Shown here: positions 1 through 7,879 of the stretch, piece by piece
How positions within the stretch are numbered: the first letter of the stretch is position 1
Layout of the letters: each line of letters begins with the position of its first letter
From: Hymenobacter sp.
GTDB taxonomy: Bacteria; Bacteroidota; Bacteroidia; Cytophagales; Hymenobacteraceae
Length of the DNA: 38,923 nt
Assembly: GCA_043763525.1 (NCBI GenBank)
Contig: JAYULN010000569.1
Span: 1-38,923 of the forward strand
Direction: 5' to 3'
Program-made: the position numbers and the translations under genes
The notes under the pieces: generated by a model
What the model was told of the DNA's origin: nothing
Databases searched by the model: none
The model's input: only the letters and a program-made list of their open reading frames with translations

Positions 1-191
1 CCGATGCCAGCCAGGCCATCAAGCTGAAAGCCGATTATGCGGAGGCCTACCTCAACCGGGGCCACGCCCGCGAAATGCTGCGCCAGCCTGACGAGGCCTG
101 CCAGGACTGGCGCAAAGCCGCCACCCTGGGCCTGGCCGTGGGCAACAGCTACGCCGCCGCCGCCGGCTGCACGGGCGAGGCGGCCGAGTAA
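1..191 (+). CDS. 3' end of a TPR-repeat protein (partial, runs off window start)
   Basis: Frame 3 reads DASQAIKLKADYAEAYLNRGHAREMLRQPDEACQDWRKAATLG...AAE*, a typical TPR pattern; TAA at 189-191. Confidence 0.8.
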   Translation, partial: DASQAIKLKADYAEAYLNRGHAREMLRQPDEACQDWRKAATLGLAVGNSYAAAAGCTGEAAE

Positions 192-213
192 ATTTTATCA
201 GACCATGCATATG

Positions 214-321
214 AGAACGTCATGCAGAGCGCAGCGAAGCATCTTGCCCGCCACGAGTAAACCAATCGATTGGATTAGTGACTGCGGTAAAGATGCTTCG
301 CTGCGCTCTGCATGACGTTCT
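214..321. repeat. REP-like intergenic inverted repeat with 32-bp perfect arms
   Basis: AGAACGTCATGCAGAGCGCAGCGAAGCATCTT (214-245) is the reverse complement of 290-321; internal palindrome CCAATCGATTGG at 262-273. Confidence 0.85.
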
Positions 322-340
322 ATTTCAAGCCTAAATTGAT

Positions 341-2401
341 ATGTCCTTTCCTATCCGCCTGCTATTCATTTGCCTGCTCGCCAGCGCCGCGCTGCCCGCC
401 GCCGCCCAAAGCGTGGCCTTCACCAAAGACAACTTTGGCGATAACAAGGACGGCCTGCGCGAAGCCCAGCGCGAGCTGAAAGACGGCGACACCGAGTACC
501 GCGCCGACCCGCCGCGCTATGCTCAGGCCCTGCCCCATTTCCTGGCGGCCCAGGGGTTCAACCCCAACAACGCGGCGCTGAACGTGAAAATCGGCGACTG
601 CTACCTCAACACCGCTACCAAAACCGCTGCCCTGCCCTACCTGCAAAAAGCCGCCAAGCTCGACGTAACGGCCGATGCCCGCACCCATTACCTGCTGGCC
701 CGCGCCCTGCACCTGAGCGCGAAGTGGCGCGAGGCCATGGCCGAATACCAGCTGGCCCAGCCCGTGGGCAGCAACACCCGCAACGGCGACGCGGGGGCCA
801 TCACGGCCAACGACTTGCAGCGCCGCCTGCAAGAATGCCGCAACGGCCAGCAGCTGATGGCGCACCCCGTGCGCGTGTTCATCGACAACGCCGGGCCGGA
901 GCTGAACTCGACCGATTCGGACTACGGCCCGGTGATTTCAGCCGATGAGGCCACCATTCTCATCACCTCGCGCCGGGCGGGCTCGACGGGAGGCAAAAAG
1001 GACCCGGCCGGCGACGGTTATTTCGAGGACATTTACCAGGCTACCTGGCGCGGCAAAGCCTGGAGCCCGGCCACCAACCTGGGCGCGCCCGTGAACACCG
1101 ACGACCACAACGCCACCGTGGGCCTGGCCCCCGACGGCCAGCGCATGCTCGTGTACGTGGGCAGCAACGGCGGCGACCTGCTCGAAACGACGCTGGGCGG
1201 CAACAGCTGGGACCGGCCGCGCCGGCTAAACAGCCGCATCAACACCAACAGCCACGAAAGCTCGGCCAGCTACTCGCCCGATGGCCGGTTGCTGTACTTC
1301 GTGAGCGACCGGGAGGGCGGCGCGGGCAGCTCCGACATTTACAAAGTGGACCTGGAGGGCAAGAACACGCTCGTGGGCCTGGGTGCGGCCATCAACACGG
1401 CGTATGGGGAAGAGGGTGTTTTTATGGCCCCCGATGGCAAAACACTGTACTTTTCTTCGGAAGGCCACAACTCGATGGGCGGCTACGACATCTTCAAGTC
1501 GGTGTATGAGCACGGGAAGTGGAGCACGCCCGAGAACCTGGGCTGGCCTATTAATACGCCCGATGATGACGTGTTTTTCGTGACTTCGGCCTCGGGGCGG
1601 CACGGCTATTATTCCAGCGACCGGCCCGGCGGCCTGGGGGCCAAGGATATTTACCGCATCACCTTTCTGGGGCCCGAAAAACAGCCCTTGCTGAGCGAGG
1701 AAGACCAGCTGCTGGCTTCGCGCCTGGCTCCAGTTAAGCAAGCGGTGCTGGCCCCGGCGGTGGCGGTGGCCACGGCCCAGGTCACGATTCTGAAAGGGAC
1801 CGTGACCGACGATGCCACCAAGCAGCCGCTCGATGCCGCCATCGACCTGATTGACAACACCAGCGGCCAGACCATTGCCACCTTCCGCAGCAACGCCACC
1901 TCGGGCAAATACCTCGTCAGCCTGCCCTCGGGCACCAACTACGGCATTGTGGTACGGCAGGACGGCTACCTGTTTCACTCCGAAAACTTCGACCTGCCCG
2001 CCGGGGCCGCCTTTGCCGAAGTGGTGAAGGACATCCCGCTGAAGAAGCTGGAAGTGGGCACCGTCATCGTGCTGCGCAACATTTTCTTCGACACCGGCAG
2101 GACCAGCCTGCGCCCCGAAAGCACCGCCGAGCTCGAACGCCTGCAAAAGCTCCTCACCGAAACGCCCGCCCTGAAACTGGAAATGGCCGGCCACACCGAC
2201 AACGTAGGCGAAGCCGCCGCCAACCAAAGCCTCAGCCAGCGCCGCGCCCAGGCCGTGGTAGCCTACCTTACGCAGCACGGCATTGCCGCCGCCCGCCTCA
2301 GCGCCGCTGGCTACGGCGAAACCCAGCCCGTGGCTCCCAACGCCACCAAGCTCGGCCGCCAGCTCAACCGCCGCACCGAGTTCAAAGTCACGGCCAAATA
2401 A
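341..2401 (+). CDS. OmpA-family protein with TPR, PD40 beta-propeller, carboxypeptidase-regulatory-like and OmpA C-terminal domains (PorE-like architecture)
   Basis: Signal peptide (AAAQ); PD40 repeats (YFVSDREGG, LYFSSEGH, GGYDIF); OmpA_C motifs NIFFDTG, GHTDNVG, LSQRRAQAV, NRRTEF. Confidence 0.9.
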   Translation: MSFPIRLLFICLLASAALPAAAQSVAFTKDNFGDNKDGLREAQRELKDGDTEYRADPPRYAQALPHFLAAQGFNPNNAALNVKIGDCYLNTATKTAALPYLQKAAKLDVTADARTHYLLARALHLSAKWREAMAEYQLAQPVGSNTRNGDAGAITANDLQRRLQECRNGQQLMAHPVRVFIDNAGPELNSTDSDYGPVISADEATILITSRRAGSTGGKKDPAGDGYFEDIYQATWRGKAWSPATNLGAPVNTDDHNATVGLAPDGQRMLVYVGSNGGDLLETTLGGNSWDRPRRLNSRINTNSHESSASYSPDGRLLYFVSDREGGAGSSDIYKVDLEGKNTLVGLGAAINTAYGEEGVFMAPDGKTLYFSSEGHNSMGGYDIFKSVYEHGKWSTPENLGWPINTPDDDVFFVTSASGRHGYYSSDRPGGLGAKDIYRITFLGPEKQPLLSEEDQLLASRLAPVKQAVLAPAVAVATAQVTILKGTVTDDATKQPLDAAIDLIDNTSGQTIATFRSNATSGKYLVSLPSGTNYGIVVRQDGYLFHSENFDLPAGAAFAEVVKDIPLKKLEVGTVIVLRNIFFDTGRTSLRPESTAELERLQKLLTETPALKLEMAGHTDNVGEAAANQSLSQRRAQAVVAYLTQHGIAAARLSAAGYGETQPVAPNATKLGRQLNRRTEFKVTAK

Positions 2402-2471
2402 GGTACCGTGGACGCTGCGAGTCCGCGCGGGTGACCGGGCCACGCGCGGACTCACAGCGTCCACGGCACCT
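2401..2471. repeat. REP-like inverted repeat directly after the OmpA gene
   Basis: AGGTACCGTGGACGCTGCGAGTCCGCGCG (2401-2429) pairs with CGCGCGGACTCACAGCGTCCACGGCACCT (2443-2471) with 2 mismatches. Confidence 0.8.
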
Positions 2472-2580
2472 TTCAACAGGCCCCAAGCATTGCTAAGCGG
2501 AAAGTAGGCTTACCCCGAAACAGCGGACTCTACCTTGCAGCGTCAACCGCCGCCCAACCGGGCAAAGCCGCTTTTTCTGT

Positions 2581-5500
2581 TTGAAGCCACTACTGCAATT
2601 TCTTTACCTCCGCCGCCTGGGGCTGCTGGCCTTACTCGGGCTGGTGCTGCTGCTGGCCCGGCCGGCTAGTGCTCAACCGGCCTTCCTGCGCCAGTTTGGG
2701 CCGGCCGAGGGGCTGCGGACTCCATTCGCGTACGCGCTGTTGCAGGACCGGCAGGGCTACCTCTGGCTGGGCACCGGCGAGGGCCTGGTGCGCTACGACG
2801 GCAGCCGCTTCGTGAGCTTCACCAAAAAAGACGGGCTGGCCGAGGATTTTGTGGTGTCGCTGCGCGAAGACCCGGCCAGCGGCCGGCTGTGGGTGGGCCA
2901 CTACCAGGGCGGCATTTCGGTGAAGAAAACCGCTGCCGGCCCCTTTGCTCCCGCCGACCGGGCCGCCGTGCCGACCGCCCTGCGCCTGCCCGCCGACGGC
3001 CCGCCCCCCGTCGACACCGCCGCCATTGGCCGCTACCTGCGCCGCTACCACCTGCGCCTGCCCGCCGGCACCGAGGCCACCTGCCTGCTCGAAGACCGCG
3101 AAGGCAACGCCTGGCTGGGCACCGCCGGCCAGGGCCTGTGGCGGCACTCCGACCGGCATTTGCGGCTGGAAGTTCCGGCACGGCCCCTTGAGGATTTGCC
3201 GGCATTGGCGACCGTACTCAAAAATGGCCGCACTGAAGCCTGGCTCACGCAGTATGGCAACCACTTTTATCAGTTACGGGCAGCTACTCCTGTTCCGCTG
3301 GCCGCTGGCAACTTGCGGGTACCGCCACTGCCAGGGGCTCCGGTAAAAGTATTGTTATCACGCCCTACGCAATTAGGTGGCGGCTTTTGGATGGGTACAT
3401 CAGCAGGTTTATTCGTTGTAAATGCTAACCTGCTACCACAATCAGTAACGGGTTTTTCACCCGGCGAAAAAGACATTACCGCCCTCGCCTACGCGCCCGG
3501 CTCGGGCCTGTGGGTGGGCACGGCCGCCGACGGCCTCTACAACATTCCCACCGACCCCGCCCAGCGCCCGCGCCACTACACCACGGCCAATGGCCTGTTG
3601 CACAACAGCATCACCGCCCTGCTGGCCGACCACGCCGGGCGCGTGTGGGTGGGCACCCACGGCACGGGCCTGGCCGCGTTCGAGCCCGCCACCCAGAAAT
3701 TTGCCTACCACCGCCTCACCGCCACCGGGCTCGACGTGAGCAGCTTCGCCGAAGACGCCGACGGCCGCCTGTGGATTGGCACCGAGGGCGACGGCCTGTT
3801 TTGCCACCAGCCGGCGGGCCAGTGGCGGCAGTTTGGCCCCACCAACGGCCTGCCTTCCGACTACACGTATGGCCTGCTGGCCCTGCCCGCCGCGCCGGGC
3901 CCGGCGGGTCCGCAGCTGCTGCTGGTGCATCGCCAGGGCATCACGCTGCTCGATGCCCGCACCGGCCACTTCACCGCCCTGGCCGCCGCCGACAACCCGC
4001 TGGTGCGCGAGTGCCTCGGCCCGGCGGCCCTCGCCACCGGCCCCGAGGCCCGCGCGGTGGCGTGGCTGAGTACCCGCGCCGGCCTGCTGCGGGTAGACGT
4101 GGCCGCCGCCCGCCGCCTCGCCGCCCACCCACCCGGCCTCGCCCTTACCAGCGCCGAGGTCGATGGCGAGCCACAAAATTTGAGTGCGCTGGGCTGGCTC
4201 TCGGCCACCCGGCACCGCGTGGGCTTCGCTTTTCAGGGCATTAGCCTGGGTGCCGGCGAGGCGCTGACTTACCAGCACCGCCTGCGTGGCCTTTCCGACG
4301 ACTGGAGCCGCCCCGGCAGCGCGGCCGAAGCCCAGTTTCCGGGCCTCGATGCCGGCCAGTACGTGTTTGAGGCGCGGGCGCGGCGCGGCACCGCCGGGCC
4401 GTGGAGTGCGGTTGCGGCGGCGGCGTTCGGCATTGCCACACCGTTTTGGCGCACCTGGTGGTTCCGCACGCTGGCGGGGTTGGGCCTCGCGGGGCTGGTG
4501 TTTGGGCTGATGCGGTTCCGTGAGCGCAGCCTGCGCCGCACCCAATACGTGCTGGAGCGCACCGTGCTGGAGCGCACCACCGAGCTGCGCCAGCAAAAGG
4601 CCCACATCGAAGACATCAACGCCGACTTGGTGGTGGCCCGCGACGCGGCCGAGGCCTCGCGCCGGGCCAAGGCCCAGTTTCTGGCTAACATGAGCCACGA
4701 AATTCGCACGCCGATGAACGCCGTTATCGGCCTCACCAACCTGCTGCAAGCCACCCGCCCCAACCCCGAACAAAGCGAATACCTCACGGCCATCGAGTCG
4801 TCGTCGCAAAACCTGCTGGTGATTATCAACGACATCCTCGACAGCTCGAAGATGGAGGCCGGCAAGCTCACGCTGGAGCAAGTGCCCTTCCGCCTGCCCG
4901 AGGCCGTGCGCCGGCTGTCGGCCATGTTCAAGTTTGCCACCGAGAGCAAGGGCCTGTATTTGCAGGTGAACGTGGCCGACAACGTGCCCGCCGCCGTGCT
5001 CGGCGACCCCGTCCGCCTCAACCAAATTCTGGTGAACCTGGTCGGCAACGCCATTAAGTTCACCCGCGCCGGCGGGGTCACCCTCAACGTCGAAGTGGTG
5101 CCCGCGCCCGCCCAAACCTTGCCGTTTTCCACTTCGGATGAGGCTTTGGAGACCGCAGCCATCAACCCACCACCCCACCAATCCACCATCCGCTTTGCCG
5201 TGCGCGACACCGGCATTGGCATTGCGGCCGATAAGCTGGGGGCTATTTTCGAAGATTTTTCGCAGGCCAACACCTCCACCACCCGCGAGTTTGGCGGCAC
5301 CGGCCTGGGCCTGAGCATTGCCCGCAACCTCGTGCAGCTGCACGGCGGCCAGCTCGGCGTAACCAGCACCGAGGGCCAGGGCTCCGAGTTTTTCTTCGAG
5401 CTGCCCTACGAAGTGGCCGATGCCCGCGCCGCCCAGCCCGAGGCCCACGCCGGCCTGCTCACGCCCTTCGAGCCCGCCCTGCGCGTGCTGGTGGCCGAAG

Positions 5501-6252
5501 ACAACGCCCTCAACCAGCTCGTGGCCCGCAAAACCCTCGAAGCCTGGAACGTGCAGGTCGTCATCGCCGAAAACGGCCGCCTGGCCGTGGAAGCCGTCGC
5601 CGGCACCAATCAGCCCTTCGATGCCGTGCTGATGGACGTGCAGATGCCCGAAATGGACGGCTACGAAGCCGCCCGCCGCCTGCGCCAGCTTTTCCCTGAG
5701 GCCGGCCAGCTGCCCATCATCGGCCTCACCGCCTCGGTGCTGCCCGAAGACCGGGTGCTGGCCCTCGCCGCCGGCATGAACGACACCCTCGCCAAACCAT
5801 TCGAGCCCGCCGTGCTCTACGCCCGCCTGGCCTACTTCACCGGCCGGCAAGTCTCCGAATCAGGCAGCGTGGAGAGCGCAGAGCTTCAATCCACCAATCC
5901 GCCAGCCCACCACGTCACCATTCGCCCCGACTGGCACCTGCTCGAAGAGCTGGCCGGCGGCAACGAAGGCTTCCTGCGCCAAATCGTGAACACCTTCCTC
6001 GCCGAAGCCCCGGCCCTGGAAGCCCTGCTGGCCGCCACCTGCCCCCACGACCCCGCCGCCCTGGCCAGCACCGCCCACAAGCTGAAAGGCCAGGTCGCGT
6101 ACTTCGGCGTGCCGGTGCTGCACACCCAGCTCGACGAGCTGGAGCGCGCCGCCCGCCACCCCGCCATGCCCTACTGCGCGCCGCTGCTCGACACCATCCG
6201 GCAGCAGCTGGCCGAGCTCTATCCGCAGCTCGAAGACCGCGCCGGAACTTGA
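2581..6252 (+). CDS. Hybrid sensor histidine kinase (Reg_prop propeller, Y_Y_Y, TM, HisKA, HATPase_c, REC, HPt)
   Basis: QDRQGYLWLGT propeller repeats; PFWRTWWF TM; H-box FLANMSHEIRTPMN; NLVGNAIKFT, DTGIGI, GGTGLGL; REC VLMDVQMP; HPt AHKLKG. TTG start. Confidence 0.92.
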   Translation: MKPLLQFLYLRRLGLLALLGLVLLLARPASAQPAFLRQFGPAEGLRTPFAYALLQDRQGYLWLGTGEGLVRYDGSRFVSFTKKDGLAEDFVVSLREDPASGRLWVGHYQGGISVKKTAAGPFAPADRAAVPTALRLPADGPPPVDTAAIGRYLRRYHLRLPAGTEATCLLEDREGNAWLGTAGQGLWRHSDRHLRLEVPARPLEDLPALATVLKNGRTEAWLTQYGNHFYQLRAATPVPLAAGNLRVPPLPGAPVKVLLSRPTQLGGGFWMGTSAGLFVVNANLLPQSVTGFSPGEKDITALAYAPGSGLWVGTAADGLYNIPTDPAQRPRHYTTANGLLHNSITALLADHAGRVWVGTHGTGLAAFEPATQKFAYHRLTATGLDVSSFAEDADGRLWIGTEGDGLFCHQPAGQWRQFGPTNGLPSDYTYGLLALPAAPGPAGPQLLLVHRQGITLLDARTGHFTALAAADNPLVRECLGPAALATGPEARAVAWLSTRAGLLRVDVAAARRLAAHPPGLALTSAEVDGEPQNLSALGWLSATRHRVGFAFQGISLGAGEALTYQHRLRGLSDDWSRPGSAAEAQFPGLDAGQYVFEARARRGTAGPWSAVAAAAFGIATPFWRTWWFRTLAGLGLAGLVFGLMRFRERSLRRTQYVLERTVLERTTELRQQKAHIEDINADLVVARDAAEASRRAKAQFLANMSHEIRTPMNAVIGLTNLLQATRPNPEQSEYLTAIESSSQNLLVIINDILDSSKMEAGKLTLEQVPFRLPEAVRRLSAMFKFATESKGLYLQVNVADNVPAAVLGDPVRLNQILVNLVGNAIKFTRAGGVTLNVEVVPAPAQTLPFSTSDEALETAAINPPPHQSTIRFAVRDTGIGIAADKLGAIFEDFSQANTSTTREFGGTGLGLSIARNLVQLHGGQLGVTSTEGQGSEFFFELPYEVADARAAQPEAHAGLLTPFEPALRVLVAEDNALNQLVARKTLEAWNVQVVIAENGRLAVEAVAGTNQPFDAVLMDVQMPEMDGYEAARRLRQLFPEAGQLPIIGLTASVLPEDRVLALAAGMNDTLAKPFEPAVLYARLAYFTGRQVSESGSVESAELQSTNPPAHHVTIRPDWHLLEELAGGNEGFLRQIVNTFLAEAPALEALLAATCPHDPAALASTAHKLKGQVAYFGVPVLHTQLDELERAARHPAMPYCAPLLDTIRQQLAELYPQLEDRAGT

Positions 6253-6307
6253 AAACCCGGCCGGCCGGCTTACATTCGCTGACTTAACTACAATTGAGTC
6301 CGCGTTT

Positions 6308-7045
6308 ATGGCTAATAGTACTCCCGTCGTTTTGCGCGCTCTGGTGGTCGACGACGACCCCCTCTCGGTGCAGGTCGTGCTCAACTGCATTGCCAATACG
6401 CCCTTTCTCACGGCGGCGGGCAGCTTCACCAACCCCATCGAGGCGGCCGAAGCCCTGCGCACCCAACCCGTCGACCTGCTGTTTCTCGACGTGGAAATGC
6501 CCCTGCTTTCCGGCATCGAGCTGCTGGGCACCCTCCAGAATCCACCGCTCGTCGTCCTCATCACCAGCAGTAAAAACTACGCCGTGCAGGCCTTCGAGCA
6601 CGCCGTGGTCGACTACCTGGTGAAGCCCGTGAGCTACGCCCGCTTCCTGCAAGCCGCCCAGAAAGCCCTCGAAATGGCCGAGCGCCAAACCGCCGCGGCC
6701 GGCCCCGAAACCATCGAAACCGCCGCCCCTGATGCCGATTTCACCTTCGTAAAAGTTGATAATAAGCTCGTGCGCGTTGCCTTCGACGACGTGCGCTACG
6801 TCGAAGCCCTCGGCGACTACGTTCACATCGTCACCGGCCAAAGCAAGCTCATCGTTTACAGCACCATGAAGGCCGTGGAGGAGAAGTTTCCCAGCAACCG
6901 CTTTGCGCGGGTGCATCGCTCGTTCATCGTCAACGTCAACCGCATTCAGGCCCTTGAGGACAACTCGGTAGTTGTTGACGGCAAACACATTTCCGTGGGC
7001 CAGACTTACCTGCGCGACGTGTTGCAGCGCCTCAACAAATTCTAG
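6308..7045 (+). CDS. LytTR-family response regulator
   Basis: REC VVDDD...LFLDVEMP...DYLVKP; LytTR YVEALGDYV, FARVHRSFIVN. Confidence 0.93.
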   Translation: MANSTPVVLRALVVDDDPLSVQVVLNCIANTPFLTAAGSFTNPIEAAEALRTQPVDLLFLDVEMPLLSGIELLGTLQNPPLVVLITSSKNYAVQAFEHAVVDYLVKPVSYARFLQAAQKALEMAERQTAAAGPETIETAAPDADFTFVKVDNKLVRVAFDDVRYVEALGDYVHIVTGQSKLIVYSTMKAVEEKFPSNRFARVHRSFIVNVNRIQALEDNSVVVDGKHISVGQTYLRDVLQRLNKF

Positions 7046-7111
7046 ACTACCCCGCTTTACCGCTTCCCGCAGGGCTTTTTTCCTCCGTTTCCTCATTCCG
7101 TTTCCGCTGGC

Positions 7112-7738
7112 ATGCGCTTTCAAGCACTCTTCTTTCCTGATAAATTTTCGCTGTTGCTGGTGGGGCTACCACTGCTGGCGGGCTCGGCCGCCCATGCCCA
7201 GCAGGCCGGCGACACCACCAGCGTGAGATGCGGCCCGCCCCTGGCCCGCATGCTCTGCGTCGACCTCGATGGCCGCCCCTCCATCGACGAGCCCGCCGGC
7301 CCCTTCACCTACGAGTGGCACATGGGCGACGGCACCACCCTCACCGGCCCCATGGTGAGCTACTGCTACAAAGAGCGCAAAAACTACGTGGTGCAGCTCG
7401 ATGTCATCGTCGACAAAACCGGCGAAGTCCGCCGCGGCCAGAAGTACATCCCCGTCAACCTCATTGCGCAGGATATCGTCGATTTCACGGCCCAGCCCAG
7501 CCGCGTGCGCGTGGGCCAGTCGGTATCATTCGATGCGCCCGAGGCCCAGCTCCTCACCTGCCGCAACGTGCAGCTCATCTGGGATTTTCGCGATGGCACC
7601 ATCGTGCAGGGCCGCACCGCCCAGCACGTTTTTCGCCGAGCCGGCACCTACTCGGTGCGCTTCAGCATGCGCGGCTACGGCTCGCAGGCCTGCGTAGCCA
7701 GCCACTGCGTATCGCGCGAAATCGTAGTCGAGCCGTAA
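7112..7738 (+). CDS. Secreted PKD-domain protein
   Basis: Signal peptide ending AHAQ; two PKD motifs (YEWHMGDGT; IWDFRDGT...HVFRRAGTYSV). Confidence 0.8.
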   Translation: MRFQALFFPDKFSLLLVGLPLLAGSAAHAQQAGDTTSVRCGPPLARMLCVDLDGRPSIDEPAGPFTYEWHMGDGTTLTGPMVSYCYKERKNYVVQLDVIVDKTGEVRRGQKYIPVNLIAQDIVDFTAQPSRVRVGQSVSFDAPEAQLLTCRNVQLIWDFRDGTIVQGRTAQHVFRRAGTYSVRFSMRGYGSQACVASHCVSREIVVEP

Positions 7739-7879
7739 TTGGGGAGAGAAAGTCGTTACCAGCCGATTTAGAGCGGCTTTCAAGTCAGTATACCGTTTTT
7801 AGTGCCGGAGCTAGTTGCGCGAACTTTAGCTTGGCAACTGCCCTAAGAAGCTTCGTAGCGGGTTGTGGTTGCCCCCCTC

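Noticed and set aside
3457-5850. 797-aa minus-strand ORF (also 1226-2476, 8075-9730, 15135-16295)
   Set aside because: Antisense shadows of well-supported genes; high GC3 removes stop codons on the opposite strand; no recognisable motifs.
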